A stretch of 64,000 bases of DNA. Source: Pseudomonadota bacterium (lineage in GTDB: Bacteria > Bdellovibrionota > FAC87 > UBA2466). The DNA is taken from positions 11,817 through 75,816 of the forward strand of contig JAYSWN010000068.1 of NCBI GenBank assembly GCA_043718025.1. Reading direction: 5' to 3'. Positions within the stretch are counted from its first letter, which is position 1. The number at the start of each line of letters is the position of its first letter. The position numbers were made by a program, and so were the translations under genes. This document shows positions 57,187-64,000 of the stretch, one piece after another. The notes beneath the pieces are model-generated. The model had not been told where the DNA came from and did no database searches. It saw only the letters and a list, made by a program, of their open reading frames with translations.

Positions 57187-57287
57187 GTGCTTTTTGGTCC
57201 TTCAATCAAGCGACACGCTTAAGAAAATCGACTTCATCTAACGACGTCCCGCACCATCGTCAAGCGCTACCCTGAATTATTATTCTA

Positions 57288-58220
57288 CTACGAAATTTTT
57301 CCTTCTTTAGGAAAATGGGTGAGCCTAACAAAGGCCTCAAAACGCTCTTGAAGCTTCTGCGGGGTACAGCTCATCAACGCGGCTGGACCAAAGTCTTGAA
57401 CCGTAAAGGAGGCGACTACGCAGCCCATCACAACCGCACGCCGCAACTCATCGGGGTTCGTCCAGTCTCCCGCGCGCGACGCAAGATATCCCATAAAGCC
57501 GCCGGCAAATGAATCGCCCGCACCGGTCGGATCTTTCACGTCATGCAAAGGCAGACCGGGAATTGAAAAGAATTCATTACGGTCAAATAAGAGTGCACCA
57601 TACTCACCACGTTTGATTACTAAACGTTGGGGGCCCCAGCTCATGATTGTTTTCGCTACTTCAACGATGGAATGGCTTTTTGCCAATAACCGCGCCTCGC
57701 CTTCGTTGATGATGACCAGGTTCACCTTTTTGATGGTGTTGATGAGCTCTTCACGTTGGCTCGCTATCCAGTAATTCATGGTATCGAGCGCAACCAGTTT
57801 CGGCGCCGAGGTCTGTTTCATAACCTTCTGCTGAATGACCGGAGATAGGTTACCCAAAAATACATACTGCGAATCACGAAAACTTTCAGGCAACTCGGGG
57901 TCAAACGTTTCAAGAACATTCAGGTGGGTGGCCAGTGTTTCCGCTTCGTGAAGCTCCGAACCGTACTTCCCCGACCAATGAAAGGTTTTTCCCGCTAAAC
58001 GAGTGACGCCCGCCAAATCAACCCGCCGTTTTTTCAGCTCTTCGAGGTGGCTTTCCGGAAAGTCCTCACCCACCACGCCTACCAATCGAACCGGCGAAAA
58101 TAGGCTGGAAGCCAAAGCAAAATAATTACCAGATCCGCCTAATATTTTGGGAGCCTTCCCAAAGGGCGTTTCAATGGTGTCAAAAGCGAGGGTGCCAACA
58201 ACAAGAAGCGACGACGGCAT
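57288..58220 (-). CDS. PfkB-family carbohydrate/nucleoside kinase
   Basis: N-terminal GTLAFD and a GGSGNY-like motif. C-terminal DPTGAGDSFAGGF (the PfkB signature 2 region). Confidence 0.82.
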   Translation of the reverse strand: MPSSLLVVGTLAFDTIETPFGKAPKILGGSGNYFALASSLFSPVRLVGVVGEDFPESHLEELKKRRVDLAGVTRLAGKTFHWSGKYGSELHEAETLATHLNVLETFDPELPESFRDSQYVFLGNLSPVIQQKVMKQTSAPKLVALDTMNYWIASQREELINTIKKVNLVIINEGEARLLAKSHSIVEVAKTIMSWGPQRLVIKRGEYGALLFDRNEFFSIPGLPLHDVKDPTGAGDSFAGGFMGYLASRAGDWTNPDELRRAVVMGCVVASFTVQDFGPAALMSCTPQKLQERFEAFVRLTHFPKEGKIS

Positions 58221-58225
58221 TGAAT

Positions 58226-59086
58226 TTACTCCAAAATGGTTTCAAGTGCGGCTAACCGTGATTTGGGCCACAACTCTTTGGGGGTCATTACCGCATGCTC
58301 CATCTCCCGCCAACACTTTCCACAGGGAGAGGGGGGGGCCTCGGCCAAACTGTTGATCAGGCGTTGCGAATTTCCCACGTTAGATTTTAATACCTTAATA
58401 ATGGCTTCCACCGAGACGTCGCCGCCGCCAGCATTCCAGCAATCGTAGTCAGTCGCCATGGCAATGGTGTGGTAGCAAAGGCGTGCCTCACGGGCAAGTC
58501 GGGCTTCGGGCAGGGCGGTCATCCCAATCACCACCGCTCGCCGACTGGCATCGCCCAGATTCCACGAACGGTACCAATGCGATTCCGCCCGAGTCGAGAA
58601 TTGCGGCCCTTCCATACAAACGTATGTGCCACCGGTATGAGTCTTTATGGAGAGCCCAGAAAGTTTTTTCACTAGATCTTGGCGAAGACCCGCACAAGAA
58701 GGGTCAGCAAAATGTGCGTGGCCAACCACCCCCTCGCCAAAAAAAGTGTTGGGACGCCCGCGAGTCAGATCTAAGTACTGATCGGGCAGCACAAATTCAC
58801 CCGGAATAATCTCTTCGCGCAAGCTTCCTACCGCGCTAATCGAAAACAGCACCTTAACGCCCAGTTTTTTCAGCGCGAAGATGTTGGCGCGAGAGTTTAG
58901 CTCGGACGGGGAAATTGTGTGTCCTTCCCCGTGCCTAGCGATGAAGAAAATGGTCGTGCCGTGCAATTCTGCTTTGTGAATAGGACTTGAAGGCGCACCG
59001 TAAGGAGTTTCAACGACAAGCCGCTCCGTGGGAACGCCAAGGTTGTACAACCCGCTGCCACCGATAACGCCTAAAATTTTTGACAT
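58226..59086 (-). CDS. mtnP: S-methyl-5'-thioadenosine phosphorylase
   Basis: LGVIGGSGLY, FIARHGEGH, GTYVCMEGPQFSTRAES, GMTALPEARLAREA. Confidence 0.88.
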   Translation of the reverse strand: MSKILGVIGGSGLYNLGVPTERLVVETPYGAPSSPIHKAELHGTTIFFIARHGEGHTISPSELNSRANIFALKKLGVKVLFSISAVGSLREEIIPGEFVLPDQYLDLTRGRPNTFFGEGVVGHAHFADPSCAGLRQDLVKKLSGLSIKTHTGGTYVCMEGPQFSTRAESHWYRSWNLGDASRRAVVIGMTALPEARLAREARLCYHTIAMATDYDCWNAGGGDVSVEAIIKVLKSNVGNSQRLINSLAEAPPSPCGKCWREMEHAVMTPKELWPKSRLAALETILE

Positions 59087-59091
59087 TTTCC

Positions 59092-60675
59092 TTACTCCGG
59101 AAGCGTCACTTGAACGAATAACGTACGGCCCTTGCGCTTCACTTCAAGGAAAAGCTTTCGAGACGAGCTCACCTGCTTTTTGTACATCGCTAGAGAATCC
59201 ACAACCTTACGGTTAATGCGCACAATCACATCACCGCTCTCAATGCCGGCCTGCTCGCCGATAGATCCAGGTTGCGTGTTCTCTACTATCATCCCATCTT
59301 TGGCAGGAGAAGGACTTACTAACAGTCCTAATTTATCCGGCTGACCGTCATTTCCATGTTCAGCCTTAGGGGCCGTAGCCTCGTCTGGCAGCTTTCCCAC
59401 TTTTACCGTCACAACGCGGGTCTTCTTGTCGGCGTAAGAGGTGATCTTAATTTTTACCGATTGACCTGGTTTATAGCCGCTAATGGTTTTTTGTAGCAGC
59501 GCTGGCTCTTTCACGGCCTTTCCATCGACTTCAAGCACCACGTCGCCTGCCTTAAGTCCTGCCTCGGAAGCCGGACTGCTCTCGATCACTTCGCGAATGC
59601 CCACCCCCTCTTTTACGCCTAATTCCTTAGCGAGATCGGGAGCCAGCGGCTCAATGTAAACGCCCAGCCAGCCGCGGATAATTTTACCGTCGGTGGCCAA
59701 TTTGTTGGCTACCTCGCGGGCCAGATTGGCAGGAATGGCAAAACCAATTCCCATGTAGCCGCCACTTCGAGTGTAGATGGCGGTGTTAATTCCCATTACG
59801 CGCCCTTCCAAATCACATAGAGGCCCGCCCGAATTACCTGGATTGATCGCGGCATCGGTTTGTATGAGGTCACCGCCGAAATCAACGCCGGTAACGCTTG
59901 AATTTCTCCCCCCTTTGGCGCTCACAATACCTACGGTAACGCTTTGACCCAATGCAAAGGGGCTACCAATGGCGATGGCCCAGTCACCCACTTCAACGGC
60001 ATCGGAGTCGGCCCATTCTGCGGCGGGGAGATCTTTTCCCCCGACCACTTGAAGTACCGCCAAGTCAGTTTTCGGGTCAGTGCCGATCACTTTGGCTTTC
60101 AGTTCTGTTTTGTCTCCATTTAAATTGATAAGAATTTCGGTGGCGCCATCGACGACGTGATTATTAGTCACAACGATGCCTTTTTTATCGATAATTACCC
60201 CCGAGCCCAAGGAGGTTTGCGGCCCTTGTTCCATAAAGGGAAACGGGTGTCCGAAACGTTCGAAAAAGTCTGAGAAGGGGTCTTTGCCCATCCCTTGCTC
60301 GCCCTCATCTCCTTCGGGAAATGGATTGCGCCGCTTACCCGGCCCTCGAGGGGCACGCTGCAGGCTTTCGCGCTTTGCGCCTTTAGTGGCCTTAATGTTT
60401 ACTACCGCCGGCCCCACCTTTTTTGCGACCATACGAAAACTCTCTGAAGTTTTCTTAAGTAGCCCCCCTTCAGGACCAAGCGGTTTCTCTTCAGCGGCTT
60501 TAACGGGATTATCTAATACGGCCTGGCTCGCCATTTTTGGCGACGACAGCTGATAAAGAAACTGCGCGCTAGCATAAATCAGCACACTGGTAATTGCGGC
60601 AACTACACCGACTACGATGTAGATAGTCCAGCGTGACTGTTTTTTTTCCGACTTACGTTCGAATTCGTCCATCAT
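59092..60675 (-). CDS. htrA: DegP/HtrA-family periplasmic serine protease with two PDZ domains
   Basis: N-terminal TM/signal, catalytic TNNHVV...D...GNSGGPL, and two PDZ-like segments. Confidence 0.9.
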   Translation of the reverse strand: MMDEFERKSEKKQSRWTIYIVVGVVAAITSVLIYASAQFLYQLSSPKMASQAVLDNPVKAAEEKPLGPEGGLLKKTSESFRMVAKKVGPAVVNIKATKGAKRESLQRAPRGPGKRRNPFPEGDEGEQGMGKDPFSDFFERFGHPFPFMEQGPQTSLGSGVIIDKKGIVVTNNHVVDGATEILINLNGDKTELKAKVIGTDPKTDLAVLQVVGGKDLPAAEWADSDAVEVGDWAIAIGSPFALGQSVTVGIVSAKGGRNSSVTGVDFGGDLIQTDAAINPGNSGGPLCDLEGRVMGINTAIYTRSGGYMGIGFAIPANLAREVANKLATDGKIIRGWLGVYIEPLAPDLAKELGVKEGVGIREVIESSPASEAGLKAGDVVLEVDGKAVKEPALLQKTISGYKPGQSVKIKITSYADKKTRVVTVKVGKLPDEATAPKAEHGNDGQPDKLGLLVSPSPAKDGMIVENTQPGSIGEQAGIESGDVIVRINRKVVDSLAMYKKQVSSSRKLFLEVKRKGRTLFVQVTLPE

Positions 60676-60694
60676 GTATCTTATTCCTCGTAAC

Positions 60695-63295
60695 TTATTT
60701 TGCTTTTCCTGAAGCTACCGCGAAACCAAGTTCCCCTTTTGGGGTCAGCGTTACCGAAATGATGTCTCCCGGCATAAACGCCCCTTCAAGTAATTTTTGA
60801 GAAAGGGGGTTTAAGACGACTTCGGTAATCAAACGTTTAAGCGGGCGGGCCCCGTAAACAGGGTCGTAGCCACGTACTCCTAGCCACTCTCTAGCTTTAG
60901 CGTCCACCACCATACTTAGGTTTTTAGCTTCGAGCAACTTCACTACCGATTGTAGTTGGATACCCACAATCAGGTTGATTTCGGCCTGAGTTAGGGGTTG
61001 GAACAAAATGATCTCATCGAGTCGATTGAGAAGTTCTGGCCGGAAATGGCTGCGCACTTCGGTCATCACTTTTTGACGGGTGACCTCGGTGATAGCCTCC
61101 CCGTCACCCAAAAACTGGCTGCCCAAGTTAGAGGTGAGGATAATGATCGTGTTCTTAAAATTTACTTTATTTCCTTGGCTGTCGGTAAGCACTCCATCGT
61201 CCAGCACCTGCAGAAGAATATTGAATACGTCTTTATGGGCTTTTTCTACTTCATCAAAAAGAACCACGGCGTAAGGACGGCGGCGTACCGCTTCGGTCAA
61301 GACTCCCCCCTCTTCGTAGCCGACGTAGCCCGGAGGGGCTCCGATGAGGCGCGATACCGAATGCTTTTCCATAAATTCGGTCATGTCGATTCGCACCATA
61401 TTGCTTTCGTCATCAAAGAGAAATTCGGCCAACGTTTTTGCCGTTTCTGTTTTTCCTACTCCGGTGGGGCCCAAAAACATGAATCCGCCGAGCGGTTTAT
61501 TGGGATCGCTGAGGCCGGCTTGGCTGCGGCGTACCGCATTGCAAATGGCGCGAATGGCCGGTTCTTGTCCGATTACCCGACGGCGCATCTCTTCTTCCAT
61601 ACGCAGCAATTTCTGCTTATCCGATTCGAGCATCTTGCTTACCGGAATTCCGGTCCATTTAGCCACCACCTCGGCGATGTCTTCTTCATCCACCTCTTCC
61701 TTCAACATACGATTCTCACTGGTGATTTGTGCCAACTGCTTTTGGGCTCCCTCTAACGAACGTTGGATATCATTCATTTTTCCATATTTGAGCTCGGCGG
61801 CTTTACCCAGATCTCCGCTGCGCTCCGCTTTCTCCGACTCAACTTTAAGCCTTTCCATCTGCTCTTTGAGCTGAGAAATTTGTGAAATCACGGCTTTTTC
61901 GGCATTCCAACGGTCCTTTAATCCACCTGACTCAGTTTTTAACTCGAGGATCTGCTTTTTTAGCAATTCCTGTCGGGAGGCACTGGCCGGATCGCTTTCG
62001 CGTTTGAGCCCCTCAAACTCTATGCCTAGCTGAACCAACTTCCGTTCAATAACGTCGATTTCAGTGGGGAGACTGTCGATCTCCATGCGCAGCTTAGCGG
62101 CGGCTTCGTCAATCAGATCGATGGCCTTATCCGGAAGCTGACGGTTGGTTATGTAACGATGGCTCAGTTTCGCGGCGGCAATCAATGCGGCGTCTTGAAT
62201 GCGAATGCCATGATGCAGTTCGTATTTTTCTTTTAGGCCGCGTAAAATTGAAACGGTGTCTTCCAGGGATGGCTCGCCAACGAACACCGGTTGAAAACGG
62301 CGCTCCAGCGCAGAGTCTTTTTCAATGTACTGCCGGTACTCATCAAGTGTGGTGGCGCCAACGCACCTTAGCTCGCCGCGCGCCAACGCGGGTTTGAGCA
62401 TATTGCCCGCATCCATGCTACCTTCGGCCTTTCCCGCGCCGACCACCGTGTGCAATTCATCGATAAACAGAACAATGGAGCCCTGAGAGCTGGTGATCTC
62501 TTTCAGCACGGCCTTCAAGCGTTCTTCAAACTCTCCGCGAAATTTGGCGCCGGCGATGAGTGATCCCAAATCTAGCGATAACAATCTTTTGTTCTTCAGG
62601 CTTTCGGGGACGTCCCCCGAAACCATGCGTTGCGCCAATCCCTCGGCGATGGCGGTTTTGCCCACTCCTGGTTCACCGATCACCACGGGATTATTTTTTG
62701 TGCGACGGGAGAGCACCTGAATCACCCGGCGAATTTCTTCGTCGCGGCCGATCACAGGGTCGAGGCGGCCATTGGCGGCGGCCTGAGTGAGGTCGCGGGT
62801 ATAGCGCTGCAAGGCGTTGTATTTTTCTTCAGGGTTTTGATCCGACACTCGTTGGTTTCCTCTTATTTTGCTTAAAGCCTCTAGAAAAACATTCTTACTC
62901 AGCTTATGGCGCCTAAATAATTCGGGCACAAACCCCTCGCGCTGGGCGAAAAAAGCCAAGAACAAATGTTCGGTGCTGATGAAATCATCTTTCAGAGCCT
63001 TGGCTTCTTCTTCTGCCTGCACCAACAGACGGTTGGTTTGCGCGTTCAAGTAAGGTTGAACGTTACCGTGAACCTGCGGTTTTTTATTTAAATCGCCTTC
63101 GACGTCGGCCAGAATTTTTCCTGACGAACCTGCACTCATCGATTCAAGGCACGGTGAAATTAACCCGTCCTTTTGCTTTAAAAGCGCGGCGAGTAAATGC
63201 TCCGGATCCACACTCTGGTGATTGCGTTTCACCGTCTGGCTCTGCGCGTCAACGACGGCTTCTTGAGCTTTCACCGTAAATTGGTTTAGATTCAT
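60695..63295 (-). CDS. clpB: ATP-dependent chaperone ClpB
   Basis: Clp N-domain, two AAA+ modules ([10 protein letters not shown]; GPTGVGKTE), a long middle coiled coil, and the sensor GARPLKR. Confidence 0.96.
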   Translation of the reverse strand: MNLNQFTVKAQEAVVDAQSQTVKRNHQSVDPEHLLAALLKQKDGLISPCLESMSAGSSGKILADVEGDLNKKPQVHGNVQPYLNAQTNRLLVQAEEEAKALKDDFISTEHLFLAFFAQREGFVPELFRRHKLSKNVFLEALSKIRGNQRVSDQNPEEKYNALQRYTRDLTQAAANGRLDPVIGRDEEIRRVIQVLSRRTKNNPVVIGEPGVGKTAIAEGLAQRMVSGDVPESLKNKRLLSLDLGSLIAGAKFRGEFEERLKAVLKEITSSQGSIVLFIDELHTVVGAGKAEGSMDAGNMLKPALARGELRCVGATTLDEYRQYIEKDSALERRFQPVFVGEPSLEDTVSILRGLKEKYELHHGIRIQDAALIAAAKLSHRYITNRQLPDKAIDLIDEAAAKLRMEIDSLPTEIDVIERKLVQLGIEFEGLKRESDPASASRQELLKKQILELKTESGGLKDRWNAEKAVISQISQLKEQMERLKVESEKAERSGDLGKAAELKYGKMNDIQRSLEGAQKQLAQITSENRMLKEEVDEEDIAEVVAKWTGIPVSKMLESDKQKLLRMEEEMRRRVIGQEPAIRAICNAVRRSQAGLSDPNKPLGGFMFLGPTGVGKTETAKTLAEFLFDDESNMVRIDMTEFMEKHSVSRLIGAPPGYVGYEEGGVLTEAVRRRPYAVVLFDEVEKAHKDVFNILLQVLDDGVLTDSQGNKVNFKNTIIILTSNLGSQFLGDGEAITEVTRQKVMTEVRSHFRPELLNRLDEIILFQPLTQAEINLIVGIQLQSVVKLLEAKNLSMVVDAKAREWLGVRGYDPVYGARPLKRLITEVVLNPLSQKLLEGAFMPGDIISVTLTPKGELGFAVASGKAK

Positions 63296-63328
63296 TAGTT
63301 ACCTCAATAGCTTAGCGATTGGGTCTAA

Positions 63329-63357
63329 GTATGGAGTGCTTTGGCTGAAAGTCAAAA
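63329..63357 (-). promoter_or_regulatory. candidate sigma32/sigma70-type promoter of clpB
   Basis: The minus strand reads TTTGACT-13 nt-CTCCATAC, compared with the sigma32 consensus CTTGAAA-N13-15-CCCCATNT. It also reads as TTGACT-16-CATACT. GAGG SD before the ATG. Confidence 0.35.
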
Positions 63358-64000
63358 ATCAGAGGGCGTGCAAGCGTTCTCCGAAGGGGAAGAGAACCTA
63401 CTGAAATCTTTAAGTTTTTGGGCTTTGATCGCCCGGTTTCGGGGGGCTTACTTTAGGGGGATTCTGACGCTATTTTTAGTCGATGCGGCGAACGTCGCGA
63501 TACCCCTGTGCCTAAAAAACGCGATCGATGCCATTAATATTTCGTATCGCGAAAGAGTTTACGTCCTTGGGGCGGCCATTCTGGCGCTCTATTGTGTTCA
63601 AGCGGTGGGGCGGTACCTGTGGCGCATTTTTTTGATCGGCGCCTCTCATCGCATCATCTCGATCTACCGAAAAAAATTCTTCGAGCACGTGCTTAACGTT
63701 CCCGCCCATTCCCTAAAAATGAGCAGCGGAGATCTCTTGTCGCGTGCCACACAAGACATTGAGTCGGTTCGCATGGCGCTTGGGCCGGGCGTGCTGGTAA
63801 TTGCCGATTGTGTGATTTTATTTTTCCTAATCCTCCCCGCAATGTGGGGAATCTCTCCTCGGTTAACGCTGGTGTCGCTGGCACTCATGCCCTTGGTGCC
63901 ACTACTCACTTTTTTTTGCGGAAGCCGAATCGATAAACTATTTGAAAAGTTACAAGACCAGACTTCGGTGATGACCGGTTTCATTCGCGAACGATTTACT
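63341..64000 (+). CDS. 3'-truncated ABC exporter (MsbA-like) transmembrane domain
   Basis: Not in the ORF track because it runs off the window. My translation is ...FRGAYFRGILTLFLVDAANVAIPLCLKNAID...SSGDLLSRATQDIESVRMALGPG..., which is type I ABC exporter TMD motifs. The start is TTG 63341 (GGAG upstream) or GTG 63368. Confidence 0.72.
   Translation, partial: MAESQKSEGVQAFSEGEENLLKSLSFWALIARFRGAYFRGILTLFLVDAANVAIPLCLKNAIDAINISYRERVYVLGAAILALYCVQAVGRYLWRIFLIGASHRIISIYRKKFFEHVLNVPAHSLKMSSGDLLSRATQDIESVRMALGPGVLVIADCVILFFLILPAMWGISPRLTLVSLALMPLVPLLTFFCGSRIDKLFEKLQDQTSVMTGFIRERFT

Noticed and set aside
60998-61756. 252-aa ORF (and 176-aa ORF 61344-61874) antisense to clpB.
   Set aside because: It sits inside the clpB coding sequence and is a shadow ORF with no recognisable domain.
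1-64000. Search for CRISPR arrays, IS/transposase genes, integrases, phage genes, and toxin-antitoxin or known defence-system genes.
   Set aside because: No spaced direct-repeat array was seen. I found no transposase, integrase or phage-like translation, and no terminal inverted repeats. The window reads as core chromosome plus the signalling locus.

Overview
This is a 64-kb chromosomal segment from a Gram-negative (diderm) bacterium, about 50-52% GC and densely coding. I found no rRNA, tRNA, CRISPR array, IS element or prophage. All product calls come from reading motifs in the supplied translations; no BLAST or HMM search was possible, so treat them as motif-level assignments. Housekeeping content includes kbl-tdh, an RluA-family pseudouridine synthase, an RlmD/TrmA-like methyltransferase, ssb, greB, a CbpA-like J-protein, hemW, pilMNOPQ, a PhaR-like regulator, an AdoMet decarboxylase-like gene and an Flp/Tad-like pilin operon. 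A co-directional minus-strand string reads clpB-htrA-MTAP-PfkB kinase. The window ends in a truncated MsbA-like ABC transporter. The standout region is about 18.6-31.4 kb, where ten co-directional and largely translationally coupled genes sit together. They combine a fatty-acyl module (cytochrome P450, stand-alone acyl carrier protein, FadB/FadJ-like crotonase, Sfp-type PPTase) with a signalling chain. The central gene encodes one 1192-aa polypeptide that fuses a fatty acyl-AMP ligase (FAAL) through six TM helices to a PAS-histidine kinase. It is followed by a REC-HK-REC relay protein, a REC-class III nucleotide cyclase and two membrane spermidine-synthase-like proteins. A second hybrid kinase/response-regulator pair lies divergently upstream. 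I interpret this, as inference, as a candidate undescribed lipid-signal production/perception or fatty-acid sensing system whose parts list resembles the rpf/DSF system but is wired differently. Secondary items are a 520-nt intergenic region with a strong terminator (candidate sRNA), a non-canonical Tad-like operon lacking secretin and ATPase, and several unusual gene overlaps.
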